Positions 9,800-20,494 of a stretch of DNA of 64,000 nucleotides are shown here, piece after piece. Numbering within the stretch: the first letter of the stretch is position 1; the number at the start of each line of letters is the position of its first letter. Below the pieces are notes generated by a model, which was not told where the DNA came from, did no database searches, and saw only the letters and a list, made by a program, of their open reading frames with translations. The position numbers and the translations under genes were made by a program. This DNA comes from an uncultured Fidelibacterota bacterium (lineage in GTDB: Bacteria > Fidelibacterota > UBA8477 > JABMPR01), in the NCBI GenBank assembly GCA_937888365.1, contig CALBFA010000101.1:54035-118034 (forward strand). Direction: 5' to 3'.

Positions 9800-10715
9800 A
9801 TTTACACACATCCCCGTACTCTTAGATGAAGTTTTAGATTTTCTTATAACTACACCAAATGGTGTATATGTTGATGCGACCTTCGGTTTAGGTGGGCATA
9901 CAAAAGCCTTTTCAAGCCGGCTTTCAAAAGATGCCACTCTCATTGGTATCGATCAAGATAATTCGGTTCTCCAAGCAAATAGCACTCTAAAACTTCCTCA
10001 AATATTCTTCCCCGTTCACAATAATTTTAGGAATATCAAATCAATTCTATCAAAATTATCCATCAATGGCATTGATGCCATACTCATGGATTTGGGTCTT
10101 AATTCTTTCTCTTTAGATGATCCAAATCGTGGATTTGCCTTTGATAAGTCAGGTCCTCTCGACATGCGATTTAATCAAGAGAATCCTATATCAGCCTTCA
10201 ATATTATCAATGAATATAGTGAGCACGAACTGTCATTTATATTTCGCAAATATAGTGATGCAAAATATCATCGAAAAATTGCGAACGCGATTGTCACCGC
10301 TCGATTAAATGAACCTGTTTCGACGACAGACGCACTAAAATTAATCATTGCATCCGTCGTCCCAAGCTTCCAAGTTGTTAAATCGTATGCAAAAGTTTTT
10401 CAAGCGATTCGTATTGAAGTAAACGATGAAGTCGGTGCATTAGAGCAAGTATTAGTCAATATAATTGATGTTTTAAATCCTGGCGGGCGTATCGGAGTTA
10501 TTTCCTATCATTCACTTGAAGATAGAATCGTAAAACATTTTTTCAGAGATTTGTCCAAAGATATTCCCATGCAACCCGGTATGCTTCCAGAAGAATCATT
10601 TATTCCAAAAATCAAAATAATAACGCGTAAACCTGTTTCACCAACAGCCCATGAAGTCGCAAATAATTCTAGAGCAAGGAGTGCTAAATTTCGCGTCGCA
10701 GAAAAACTTGGCTAG
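9774..10715 (+). CDS. rsmH: 16S rRNA (cytosine1402-N4)-methyltransferase RsmH (MraW)
   Basis: HIPVLLDEVL, DATFGLGGH and SYHSLEDR motifs. Confidence 0.9.
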   Translation: MNMEKSKTEFTHIPVLLDEVLDFLITTPNGVYVDATFGLGGHTKAFSSRLSKDATLIGIDQDNSVLQANSTLKLPQIFFPVHNNFRNIKSILSKLSINGIDAILMDLGLNSFSLDDPNRGFAFDKSGPLDMRFNQENPISAFNIINEYSEHELSFIFRKYSDAKYHRKIANAIVTARLNEPVSTTDALKLIIASVVPSFQVVKSYAKVFQAIRIEVNDEVGALEQVLVNIIDVLNPGGRIGVISYHSLEDRIVKHFFRDLSKDIPMQPGMLPEESFIPKIKIITRKPVSPTAHEVANNSRARSAKFRVAEKLG

Positions 10716-10786
10716 CAAAATATCGTATCGCTATCATCGAAACGTTAAAAGCTTTTCGGCCTGTATTTTTAATTATCGCCGGTTTG

Positions 10787-11014
10787 ATGATTTTAGTCGG
10801 TCGCGTTTGGTTAGGCGACCAAGTGAGGCAATCTGGCGAGCAGTTAGAAAAACTCCACCTAAAAGAAAATCAGTTAATTGGTAGAAATCACTTTTTAGAT
10901 GCCAACCAAAAAAAACAAAGACGCGTTGATAATCTTTCCGAAATGGCAAGAAAGAAATTGAACTTTGTTCAACCTGTGCCTGAAGCACTCATCATCAAAG
11001 TCCCAAAACATTGA
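10787..11014 (+). CDS. ftsL: FtsL-like division protein. The start is uncertain: the frame is open from 10688 and encodes a fuller TM helix upstream of the first ATG.
   Basis: Position between rsmH and ftsI. One TM helix (AFRPVFLIIAGLMILVGRVWLG) is followed by a coiled-coil-like periplasmic segment. No ATG, GTG or TTG lies upstream of the TM within the open frame. Confidence 0.45.
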   Translation: MILVGRVWLGDQVRQSGEQLEKLHLKENQLIGRNHFLDANQKKQRRVDNLSEMARKKLNFVQPVPEALIIKVPKH

Positions 11015-12987
11015 AAATAAGTTATCACAAATATAGAACCCGGCTAAAATATTTTAGGAATATCGCTATCTTTGTGTGGCTTATTCTTTTAACTAAAGTT
11101 TTTACGATCCAAATTATGGACACGCAGGAGCTTAGTGAAATATTAATTAAAACGTTTGAGCGTAAGATGCCAATACCTTCAGAACGAGGAAATTTTTTCG
11201 ATCGAAATGGCAAACAGTTGACTCAAAATATTACGTATTGCTCTTTTGCCGTTCATCCAAGTCAGGTTAAAAGCCCGAATGACCTTTCAAAAGTATTCGC
11301 AAAACATTTCAACAAACCCGCATCTAGCTATCTCCAAAAAATTAAATCCAAAAAGAACTTTATTTATTTAGAAAGACATGTTCCGTCTGAAGGATGTAAA
11401 GATTTAATGGATTTAGATTTTGAGGGATTAGTCATTGAAAACTCGACGAATCGCTTTTATCCATACGGAGAAAGTATGGCGAGCTTAATAGGGTTTGTTG
11501 ACAAAGATAATGTCGGACTCTGTGGCCTTGAAGAACATTACGGACACTATTTAGTAGGCGAAGATGGGTCTAAGCTCACTGCTCGTGATGGAAAGAAAAG
11601 AAACCGTTTTATAAGCGATGATAACGCAATAGAGCCATCTGACGGCACTAATATTCATCTCAGTATTGATATCGATTTACAAGTAATTCTATTTGACGAA
11701 ATAAAACTCGCTGTCGAAAAGACAAAAGCAAAAAAAGGTATGGCTATTTTAATGTCGCCGATTACTGGAGAAATACTCAGTGCCGTCAATTATCCTTCTT
11801 TTGATCCAAACTCAGGAAGAGTTCAAAATTCACAATCCCTAATTATGGCCCCCTTTTCAGCAAGTTTTGAACCTGGTTCAACGTTTAAAGTCGTGGGTGC
11901 TTCGGCAGTTTTAGAGAAAAAAATGTTAAAACCAGAAGATATTATTAATTGTGAACATGGAGAATATCGCTTCCCTCATCACACGGTTCACGATTGGAAA
12001 GCATTTGATAATCTTACATTTGCTAATGTCATCGCCAATTCTTCAAATATTGGTGTCGTAAAAGCTACTTCAAAAATTCAAGACATCGATCTCTATGATG
12101 CGACGCTTGCATTTGGATTTGGTGAGGCAACAGGCATCACTTACCCTGGCGAAGCGAGTGGATCTTTAAAGAATTACACCGAATGGTCTATGATAAGTCG
12201 TGATCAGATTTCCATCGGCTATGAAGTCGCAGTAACAGCACTTCAGCTTAGCATGGCGTATGGTGCAATAGCGAACGGTGGATATTTAATGCAACCCATG
12301 CTGGTCAACTATCTTGAAACGTCAACAGGTTACCGCCGACAAGTAGATAAACCTAATGTCATTAGACAAGTCGCGAGTCCCAAAACAATCGAAACTTTGA
12401 AAGATATGTTGAGAACAGCTGTCATCAGTGGTACTGGGAAAAATGCAGATGTTCCAAACATGGGAATTTCTGGGAAAACGGGGACGGCAAAAAAACTTAC
12501 GGATGGGGAATATACCAATAATTACATAACATCCTTTATCTCCTTCTACCCATTTGAGCAGCCCGAATATGTTCTGGCCATTATTATTGATGATCCCCAC
12601 GGATCGAATAGAACGGGTGGAACCGTTGCGGCACCTATTGCTCGAAATATATATAATCGCATGTATAACCTATATCAACCATCAAAATTGGTTAACAATC
12701 ATAACGATGTTGTACAAGTATCACATGATACCGAATATCGTTTACCGACGGTTTCAAATGACCAGCTACTTTCAAGCTCGATGCTTGTTTCTAAAGTTCA
12801 AAATTCAACGATTGATAAAACGCCCAATTTTATAGGCAAAAGTCTTCGCTCTGCATTGCAGACATCAAGTCGATTAGGCATAAATCCTGAAATACATGGA
12901 AAAGGTCGCGTATATAGGCAATCTCCACGAAAAGGATCAAAGCTATCTGCAAATGATAAGATTATTTTATACTTGGATACGAAATGA
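11011..12987 (+). CDS. ftsI: Peptidoglycan D,D-transpeptidase FtsI (class B penicillin-binding protein) with a C-terminal PASTA-like domain
   Basis: Motifs STFK (SxxK), SSN and KTGTA. N-terminal TM anchor. Confidence 0.9.
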   Translation: MKISYHKYRTRLKYFRNIAIFVWLILLTKVFTIQIMDTQELSEILIKTFERKMPIPSERGNFFDRNGKQLTQNITYCSFAVHPSQVKSPNDLSKVFAKHFNKPASSYLQKIKSKKNFIYLERHVPSEGCKDLMDLDFEGLVIENSTNRFYPYGESMASLIGFVDKDNVGLCGLEEHYGHYLVGEDGSKLTARDGKKRNRFISDDNAIEPSDGTNIHLSIDIDLQVILFDEIKLAVEKTKAKKGMAILMSPITGEILSAVNYPSFDPNSGRVQNSQSLIMAPFSASFEPGSTFKVVGASAVLEKKMLKPEDIINCEHGEYRFPHHTVHDWKAFDNLTFANVIANSSNIGVVKATSKIQDIDLYDATLAFGFGEATGITYPGEASGSLKNYTEWSMISRDQISIGYEVAVTALQLSMAYGAIANGGYLMQPMLVNYLETSTGYRRQVDKPNVIRQVASPKTIETLKDMLRTAVISGTGKNADVPNMGISGKTGTAKKLTDGEYTNNYITSFISFYPFEQPEYVLAIIIDDPHGSNRTGGTVAAPIARNIYNRMYNLYQPSKLVNNHNDVVQVSHDTEYRLPTVSNDQLLSSSMLVSKVQNSTIDKTPNFIGKSLRSALQTSSRLGINPEIHGKGRVYRQSPRKGSKLSANDKIILYLDTK

Positions 12988-14435
12988 AATTATCGGCACT
13001 TATAAAACATACGCCAATTAAAGGTCAAATGGGTTCGATGGATGTTGAAATTACAGGGGTTTCAATCGATTCAAGAACCGTTAAGAAAAACTTCGTTTTT
13101 ATTGCCATAACAGGTGAAAATATTGATGGCCATAATTTCATTCATAAGGCGATACAAAAAGGTGCTGTCGCTGTCATTCATGAAAAGCCAATCCCGAATT
13201 TTCAAGATAATGTTTCCTATATTTTAAGTGGTGATACTCGTAATACACTGGCTCATGTGGCGAATACTTGGTTTGACAATCCATCCAAAAAGATGTTGGT
13301 TTACGGTATTACAGGCACAAATGGAAAAACGACTATAAGTTATTTTTTAGCACATCTGTTAAGGTCCGTCGGTTTGCCTAGTGCTATAATTGGTACAACC
13401 GGCGCCTGGACACTGAACAAACATATCCCACTAAAAAATACGACACCTGATATATTGACAATTAATTCCATCTTAAAAACACTTGTTGAACAGGGAGTTA
13501 AAGCCGTTTGTTTGGAAGTCTCTTCGCATGGCTTAGAACAAAAACGTGTCGAAGGAATCGATTTTGATGCTGGCATTTTCACAAATCTTACGCGTGACCA
13601 TCTCGATTATCACGTCACGTTTGAAAAATATTTAGCCGCAAAACAAATATTATTTAACCAGCTTAAACCTGATAGCCTAGCAATCGTCAATTCAGATGAC
13701 CCTGCATGGGGAAAAATCGTAGAAAATACGAAAGCGAAAATTATTAAAGTCGGCACTCATAAAGATGCTGACTATCAAATAATAAAAACTATTCCACATC
13801 CCTCTTTAAATACTTTAGTAATTTTACACCAATCGGAGAAAATGCGTATGAAAACGAACACGATGGGCAACTTTAATTACAGCAATTTATTGCAAGCATT
13901 TTCATTGATTTCTGAAAAGCATGAAGTTAATGAATCAGTATTAAAAACAATAAAAACACTCCCAAATGTGCCAGGACGCCTTGAGCGCATAGAAACCAAA
14001 TATAATTACCCCATATTCGTAGATTATGCTCATACACCCGACGCAATGGAAAATGTCTTAACAACATTGCGAGGCAGCTTCCCAGAAAAAAAAATCATCA
14101 CTATTTTTGGTTGTGGCGGTGATAGAGACAAAGGGAAAAGACCCCTAATGGGCGCCATCGCAGATAAATATTCCGATCGTATCATCATAACGGATGATAA
14201 CCCTCGTTTTGAAGATTCCCATTCCATCATCGACGATATCGTACTAGGCATACCTAATCTTAATAGATTCAATACAATAACGCCACGTATCAAGGCAATA
14301 TTAACGGCACTTGAGGTTTCGAATCATGATACCGTTTTAGCCATTTTGGGTAAAGGGCATGAAGATTATCAAGATATTCAAGGCGAACTTTTTCCTTACA
14401 ATGACATCGACATTATAAAGGGTTTCTTTAAATAA
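12984..14435 (+). CDS. murE: UDP-N-acetylmuramoyl-L-alanyl-D-glutamate--2,6-diaminopimelate ligase MurE
   Basis: GITGTNGKTT P-loop. The DNPR motif in TDDNPRFED indicates meso-DAP specificity. Confidence 0.9.
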   Translation: MKLSALIKHTPIKGQMGSMDVEITGVSIDSRTVKKNFVFIAITGENIDGHNFIHKAIQKGAVAVIHEKPIPNFQDNVSYILSGDTRNTLAHVANTWFDNPSKKMLVYGITGTNGKTTISYFLAHLLRSVGLPSAIIGTTGAWTLNKHIPLKNTTPDILTINSILKTLVEQGVKAVCLEVSSHGLEQKRVEGIDFDAGIFTNLTRDHLDYHVTFEKYLAAKQILFNQLKPDSLAIVNSDDPAWGKIVENTKAKIIKVGTHKDADYQIIKTIPHPSLNTLVILHQSEKMRMKTNTMGNFNYSNLLQAFSLISEKHEVNESVLKTIKTLPNVPGRLERIETKYNYPIFVDYAHTPDAMENVLTTLRGSFPEKKIITIFGCGGDRDKGKRPLMGAIADKYSDRIIITDDNPRFEDSHSIIDDIVLGIPNLNRFNTITPRIKAILTALEVSNHDTVLAILGKGHEDYQDIQGELFPYNDIDIIKGFFK

Positions 14436-15791
14436 ATGTCCATTTCTTTTCAACATATTAAATCCTTAAAGGACACATCAATACTGGGACAATTATCGTC
14501 GCCCATTAATGGTGTCTCTATTGATTCAAGAACGACAGTTCCGGGCAACTTATTTATTGCTTTTAAAGGGCAGACTGCAGATGGTCACAGCTACATCCCA
14601 AACGCCATTTCCCATGGTGCTGCTGCTGTTATGGCTTCTGACAGTTGGAGGGAGAGAGATACTTGGGATGACTCTCTTCCTCTTATTTTAAGTAAAATTC
14701 CTGAAAAAAGTCTCGGTGAATTGGCGACTCTGCATCGGCAAGATTTTGATATTCCCGTCATTGCCATTACAGGAAGCAATGGTAAGACGACGACGAAAGA
14801 TTTACTTTCATACATTTTGAGTGCAAAGCACGATGTTTTAGCAACAAAAGGTAATTTCAACAATCAATTGGGTCTCCCCATGAGCCTTTTGGATCTCAAC
14901 AATAATCACTCCGTGGCCATTATCGAAATGGGCGCAAGCAAACCCAATGATATTTCTGAACTTTGTGAAATCGCTCATCCAAATATTGGACTCATCACAA
15001 ATATTGCCTTTGCCCATACCGAATTTTTTAAAACCCTCGATGGCGTTTTAATGGCTAAAAAAGCCCTATTTGACGCCATTCCCGAAAACGGTACAATTTT
15101 CTTAAATGCCGATGATAAAAAACTTAGGAATCTTAATTTAGCCAATAAAACAATTATTAGTTTCGGTCAAAAATGTGGTGATAATCGCTTTAAGATTTTA
15201 AAAGCTGACCGTTTGGGTCGTCACCGTTTATTCATAGATGGCAATGAAATTCAGCTGGATATTCAAGGTGATGCCTTCCCTCTCAACGTAGCGGCGGCTT
15301 GGTATATCGCTCGTTATCTTGGCATTTCAGCAGCGGAAATCATTGAAAAACTTCATTCCTTTTCTCCAACACCAGGCAGAATGCAGCAAATTATAATAAG
15401 AAATGTTCATTTTATTCATGATGCCTATAACGCCAATCCACAATCCATGAAATCCGCTTTAAAAGCTTTTAGCAAAATGAAATCTGCATCGAATAAAATT
15501 CTTGTTCTTGCAGACATGCTTGAATTGGGTTCATCGTCCGAGATTTTTCATTCGGAACTCATACCCTTTATTAAAGATTCTGGTGCGCACACTGTATTTC
15601 TGATTGGCAAAAATATGTCGTCTTTGCATTCACATCTTTCAAAAGCTATCACAAATATTTACACAGGTCAAGATGTTGATAGTCTAAAAAATAAATTTCT
15701 AGAGACAATCCAAACAAATGATATTATTTTACTTAAAGGTTCAAATAGTTTTCATCTTGATAAACTTTTAAACATTTTTAGGGAAGCATAA
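14436..15791 (+). CDS. murF: UDP-N-acetylmuramoyl-tripeptide--D-alanyl-D-alanine ligase MurF
   Basis: ITGSNGKTTTKD P-loop, Mur ligase architecture, position after murE. Confidence 0.9.
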   Translation: MSISFQHIKSLKDTSILGQLSSPINGVSIDSRTTVPGNLFIAFKGQTADGHSYIPNAISHGAAAVMASDSWRERDTWDDSLPLILSKIPEKSLGELATLHRQDFDIPVIAITGSNGKTTTKDLLSYILSAKHDVLATKGNFNNQLGLPMSLLDLNNNHSVAIIEMGASKPNDISELCEIAHPNIGLITNIAFAHTEFFKTLDGVLMAKKALFDAIPENGTIFLNADDKKLRNLNLANKTIISFGQKCGDNRFKILKADRLGRHRLFIDGNEIQLDIQGDAFPLNVAAAWYIARYLGISAAEIIEKLHSFSPTPGRMQQIIIRNVHFIHDAYNANPQSMKSALKAFSKMKSASNKILVLADMLELGSSSEIFHSELIPFIKDSGAHTVFLIGKNMSSLHSHLSKAITNIYTGQDVDSLKNKFLETIQTNDIILLKGSNSFHLDKLLNIFREA

Positions 15792-15795
15792 GCGC

Positions 15796-16905
15796 ATGTT
15801 ATATCACTTTCTTGTTCCACTGACTGATTATTTTACGCCGTTCAATATTTTTAAATACATCACATTCCGATCAAGTATGGCAGCGATTTCAGCACTCACT
15901 ATTTCATTTGTTTTGGGTCCATGGGTTATAAGCAAACTCAAAGCACTTTCAATTGGTGAAACCATCAGAGAAACGGGTCCTGGGACGCATGCTGTAAAAG
16001 CTGGCACCCCTACAATGGGCGGAGTTCTTATCATTTTATCCATTCTGATTCCTACTCTCCTATTGGCGGATCTAAGCAATATTTACATTCAACTTTTAAT
16101 ACTGACAACTGTTTGGATGGGAATAATTGGTTTTATAGATGATTATTTAAAATCGATTAAGAAACGCAAAGAGGGATTAATCGCTCGTTACAAAATCGCA
16201 GGTCAAGTCAGCCTTGGTCTAGTATTAGGGGTCATCATCATTTTACACCCTGATTTACAACAATTCAAAATGCAAACGACGCTTCCATTTTTTAAGAATT
16301 ATTATTTAAATTTTCATGAATGGTGGATCTACATACCATTTGTTATTTTTGTTATTACGGCGACATCCAATAGCGTCAACCTAACGGACGGTCTTGACGG
16401 ACTCGCCTCAGGATTAATGGCTATTGCAGCCGCCGTGTTCGTATTTATCGCGTATGTATCAGGTCGTGCTGATTTTAGTAATTATCTCGGTATTTTTTTT
16501 CTCCCTGGCTCGGGAGAATTAGCCATATTCATTTCGGCTATTATTGGAGCCGTGGTGGGTTTCCTATGGTTTAATGCACGTCCTGCAGAAATTTTTATGG
16601 GAGATACAGGCTCTCTTACTTTGGGAGCAATTCTCGGTGCGATCACAATACTACTCAAAAAAGAATTCCTTCTCCCCTTCGCAGGCGGTGTATTTATTAT
16701 GGAATCTATTTCGGTCATTCTACAAGTTCAATATTTTCAATATACAAAAAAGAAATCGGGCACTGGAAAACGCATCTTTAAGATGGCGCCGTTACATCAT
16801 CATTTTGAATTAAAAGGCTGGGACGAAAACAAAATCGTTATCCGATTTTGGATTATCGGTATCATGTTCGCACTTCTAACGCTCACAACATTTAAAATTA
16901 GGTGA
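15796..16905 (+). CDS. mraY: Phospho-N-acetylmuramoyl-pentapeptide-transferase MraY
   Basis: Polytopic membrane protein with MraY motifs NSVNLTDGLDGLA and HHHFEL. Confidence 0.9.
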   Translation: MLYHFLVPLTDYFTPFNIFKYITFRSSMAAISALTISFVLGPWVISKLKALSIGETIRETGPGTHAVKAGTPTMGGVLIILSILIPTLLLADLSNIYIQLLILTTVWMGIIGFIDDYLKSIKKRKEGLIARYKIAGQVSLGLVLGVIIILHPDLQQFKMQTTLPFFKNYYLNFHEWWIYIPFVIFVITATSNSVNLTDGLDGLASGLMAIAAAVFVFIAYVSGRADFSNYLGIFFLPGSGELAIFISAIIGAVVGFLWFNARPAEIFMGDTGSLTLGAILGAITILLKKEFLLPFAGGVFIMESISVILQVQYFQYTKKKSGTGKRIFKMAPLHHHFELKGWDENKIVIRFWIIGIMFALLTLTTFKIR

Positions 16906-16909
16906 TGGC

Positions 16910-18277
16910 TTGAAAAACGTCCACAATAAAATCGTAACCATCTTCGGCGCTGAACGAAGCGGCATCGGAGCTGCAAAACTTTTGAGCCATTTTGGGGCAA
17001 AAGTTTTAATGAGCGAGCTCGATCCTTTCAAATTTTCCGAAGAGAAACGAGAGATATTTAAATCTATCAATGCAGAATTTGAATTTGGTTACCATTCCCC
17101 CGATGTATTGAAAGCTGATTTTTGCGTCCTTAGTCCGGGCATGCCAAGCAATGCACCCATTCTGGATAAAATGAGAGCAAAAAATATTCCCATATATTCT
17201 GAGTTGGAAGTTGCATCTTGGTTTTTTGATGCTCCTGTCATCGCGATTTCTGGCTCAAACGGCAAAACGACGACTGTCAATTTAATACATCATGTATTAA
17301 CGCATCTGGGTTTTGATTCGTTTCTAGGAGGAAATGTCGGAACAGCCATCTCCGAAATTATTCTTGATAGTTTGAAGATATCGACCCCTAAAAAAATATT
17401 TGTAGTGGAAGTCAGCAGCTTTCAATTGGATTATGTTTCGTCATTTAAGCCTGATGTCGCAACGCTTTTAAATTTCTCGCCGGATCATCTCGATCGATAT
17501 GATTCTGAAGAATCCTATTATGCTGCGAAGTTGAACTTATGGAAATATCTCGACAACGATTCCTTTGCCGTCATAAATAGCGACGACGACGTTCTTAATC
17601 ATTATTCAATGCCAAAACAATCGAAGCATTTGCGTTTTGGCAAACACAAAAACAGAAATGATGTCTTTATTCAAAATAATCGCATGATGGCAAAAATTGG
17701 AGATAATGCATTCGAAGTTTTGGATTTAGATAGATTCACATTGCCTGGCGAACACAATATCAGCAATGCTTTAGCGGCGGTTTGTTCCATTTTGCCTTTT
17801 TCCCAAGACGTGATGGCTATGGGTACAGGATTATCAACATTTTCACCGATTCCTCATCGCGTTGAATATTCTGGAAATATCAAAGGCATTAAATTTTATA
17901 ATGACTCTAAGGCTACAAATATTGCTTCTGCCAAAGTAGCGATTCAAAGTTTTACCAACATTTGGCTCATTTTAGGTGGCAAGGATAAGGGGGGAGATTT
18001 TGCCGAACTTATTTCCTATTTACCAAAACATGTCAAACAAATTCTATTGGTTGGGAATGCTGCCACGACGATAGCAACGCAAATTGGTGACGATTTCCCA
18101 TTAGTAATGTGTGAAACCATCGATAAAGCTATCGATTATGCTCTTAAAAATGGAGTCGCTGGAGACACGGTATTATTAAGCCCAGCTTGTGCAAGTTTTG
18201 ATCAATTCAGTGGCTACGAAGCGCGTGGTGATTTTTTCAAAAACTATGTAAAGGAACAATTTGTTAGAGATGTTTAA
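16910..18277 (+). CDS. murD: UDP-N-acetylmuramoylalanine--D-glutamate ligase MurD
   Basis: ISGSNGKTTT P-loop. TTG start 5 nt after the mraY stop. Confidence 0.85.
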   Translation: MKNVHNKIVTIFGAERSGIGAAKLLSHFGAKVLMSELDPFKFSEEKREIFKSINAEFEFGYHSPDVLKADFCVLSPGMPSNAPILDKMRAKNIPIYSELEVASWFFDAPVIAISGSNGKTTTVNLIHHVLTHLGFDSFLGGNVGTAISEIILDSLKISTPKKIFVVEVSSFQLDYVSSFKPDVATLLNFSPDHLDRYDSEESYYAAKLNLWKYLDNDSFAVINSDDDVLNHYSMPKQSKHLRFGKHKNRNDVFIQNNRMMAKIGDNAFEVLDLDRFTLPGEHNISNALAAVCSILPFSQDVMAMGTGLSTFSPIPHRVEYSGNIKGIKFYNDSKATNIASAKVAIQSFTNIWLILGGKDKGGDFAELISYLPKHVKQILLVGNAATTIATQIGDDFPLVMCETIDKAIDYALKNGVAGDTVLLSPACASFDQFSGYEARGDFFKNYVKEQFVRDV

Positions 18278-19367
18278 ATCCATACGATATGATCGCATTA
18301 CATTGCTACTTCTGTCGCTGATATTTGGTATTGGGCTTATTGTCATGTATTCGGCAAGCACATTGCAAAATGAAGATCCAACATTTTTTCTCAAGAAACA
18401 TGCGTTTAATTCTCTCATCGCGATTGCATCTATGATATTTTTTGCTCACCTACCTCATAAATATTTATCAACCGCCCGCTATTTCATACTGGGCCTCGTC
18501 ATTTTAATGCTTCTCATTAGTTTTCAATTTACGCGAGCCCATACGAGCCGGTGGATTTATCTTTTTGGATTTTCGATTCAAACTTCTGATTTCGCCAAAA
18601 TTGGCTTACTCATCTTCGTTTCAGATCATATTAGTCGTTACTTTGAAAGGAGTGAGAAAGAGCCGTATCTCAATGTTTATTTGTATCTTACAATAAGTTT
18701 TGTATTGCTGTTAATCCTCATTCAGCCTGATTTATCCACGACGGTTGTTATAACGATCATTATCCTGAGTTTGTGTCTTTTAGGGAATCATAAAATTCAA
18801 CATCTTGCGTATTTAGGAAGTTTTTATCTTTTTGGTGGTGGTGTTTATATCGTAAATAACAGCTATATGCTCAAACGATTGACCTCTCATTTTGATGCAA
18901 ATGCTGATAAAACAAATGAAGCATGGCAGGCCACGCAATCACTTCTTACGCTTGCTAATGGTTCATTATTTGGGGTTGGAGCAGGCAATAGCGTCGCTAA
19001 AAACTTCTTTTTACCACAACCTCACACAGATTACATCTTTTCTGTTCTCGGAGAAGAATATGGTTTTGTTGGGGCATCCATTACAATGCTATTATTCCTT
19101 TTACTTTTTTTAAGGGGTTTAAAAATTGCTCGCGATTCGTCGAACCAATTCAGTATGCTCCTAGCAACTGGCATTAGTGTCTCAATTTTTATCTACGCCA
19201 TTTTTCATATTATGGTTGTAACGGGCCTCGGTCCCGTTACGGGTCTTCCCCTCCCCTTTATTAGCTACGGCGGCTCAAGCTTAATCTCTAACTTCATTAT
19301 GATGGGCATCCTCTTTAATATTGCCAATCAAAATGGTTCTGGGCAAACATTTGGAAATACGAAATGA
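18261..19367 (+). CDS. ftsW: SEDS-family peptidoglycan glycosyltransferase FtsW
   Basis: 10-TM SEDS protein with the conserved PFISYGGSS segment. Sits between murD and murG. Confidence 0.85.
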   Translation: MLEMFKSIRYDRITLLLLSLIFGIGLIVMYSASTLQNEDPTFFLKKHAFNSLIAIASMIFFAHLPHKYLSTARYFILGLVILMLLISFQFTRAHTSRWIYLFGFSIQTSDFAKIGLLIFVSDHISRYFERSEKEPYLNVYLYLTISFVLLLILIQPDLSTTVVITIIILSLCLLGNHKIQHLAYLGSFYLFGGGVYIVNNSYMLKRLTSHFDANADKTNEAWQATQSLLTLANGSLFGVGAGNSVAKNFFLPQPHTDYIFSVLGEEYGFVGASITMLLFLLLFLRGLKIARDSSNQFSMLLATGISVSIFIYAIFHIMVVTGLGPVTGLPLPFISYGGSSLISNFIMMGILFNIANQNGSGQTFGNTK

Positions 19368-20494
19368 GTCCTAAGGTTTTAAAAGTCATTTTCGCTGCTG
19401 GAGGAACGGGAGGTCACATTTTCCCAGCCTTTGCATTGGCTGAGACTCTCAAAAGTACGATAGATTCCAATATTCGATTTGATACACTTAATATTCTCTT
19501 TATCGGTTCAGATTATGGTTTAGAAACACGCCTTGTTCCTGAAGCAAATTATGCATTGGAAATGCTTCCAATTCGTGGTATTGCACGTTCCCTTTCCATT
19601 AAAAATATCATTCGTAATCTCCAATTTCCATTTAGAGTTTTGATTTCCATTCTAAAAATGAATCGAATATTACAAGATTTCAAACCCGATTTAGTCATCG
19701 GTACAGGCGGCTATGCCAGCGGTATTCCTGTTCGACAAGCTATCAAAAAAGGAATCCCTGTTTTCTTACAAGAACAAAATAGCTACCCAGGATTAACAAC
19801 TCGAATGTTCTCAGATGCAGCGACACATGTATACATTACCTATGATGATGCAAGAAAACATCTAAATACGCATCATATTTCAAATTTCGGTAATCCTGTT
19901 CGTTCTAATCTAGTTAGACGACCTCCGATGGAGGTTTATTCGAAATTTGCGCTCAATCCAAAACGGAAAACACTTTTTATCTTCGGTGGATCACAAGGCG
20001 CTCATGCTATAAATCAGTTTCTAATCACGTATATCCGCGAATTTGCCTACCAGATAAATTTTCAAATTTTATGGCAAACCGGCGAAAAGGATTTCGAGGC
20101 CTGTAATAAAGCCGCGTCACAGAGTTTAAATATTTCAGTTGTTCCCTTTATAAAGGATATGGGTGCTGCGTTTTCCATGGCAACCCTCGTTATTTCACGA
20201 GCTGGTGCAATGGCACTTGCAGAAATCATTTCTTTTGGATTGCCCAGTATTTTGATTCCCCTCCCATCCGCCACAGCAAATCATCAATATCACAATGCTA
20301 AAACCCTTGAAAACGAAGGCGCAGCTATAATTATTGAAGAATCAAAGCTTGAATTCGACCCTCTCCTTGAACTTTTTCAAGACCTATTTTCACATGAGGA
20401 AAAATTAAAATTAATGAGTCAAAATACATTTCAACTGGCAAAGCCTCATGCATCACAAGACATTATCAACTCGATTTTGGAGCACATCAATTGA
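19364..20494 (+). CDS. murG: UDP-N-acetylglucosamine--N-acetylmuramyl-(pentapeptide) pyrophosphoryl-undecaprenol N-acetylglucosamine transferase MurG
   Basis: GGTGGHIFPA N-terminal motif and GT28 architecture. Confidence 0.9.
   Translation: MSPKVLKVIFAAGGTGGHIFPAFALAETLKSTIDSNIRFDTLNILFIGSDYGLETRLVPEANYALEMLPIRGIARSLSIKNIIRNLQFPFRVLISILKMNRILQDFKPDLVIGTGGYASGIPVRQAIKKGIPVFLQEQNSYPGLTTRMFSDAATHVYITYDDARKHLNTHHISNFGNPVRSNLVRRPPMEVYSKFALNPKRKTLFIFGGSQGAHAINQFLITYIREFAYQINFQILWQTGEKDFEACNKAASQSLNISVVPFIKDMGAAFSMATLVISRAGAMALAEIISFGLPSILIPLPSATANHQYHNAKTLENEGAAIIIEESKLEFDPLLELFQDLFSHEEKLKLMSQNTFQLAKPHASQDIINSILEHIN

Noticed and set aside
10651-10884. 77-aa ORF as an alternative ftsL
   Set aside because: It has no TM helix and overlaps the rsmH 3' end in another frame. 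The frame-2 ORF (10688-11014) has the FtsL topology instead.
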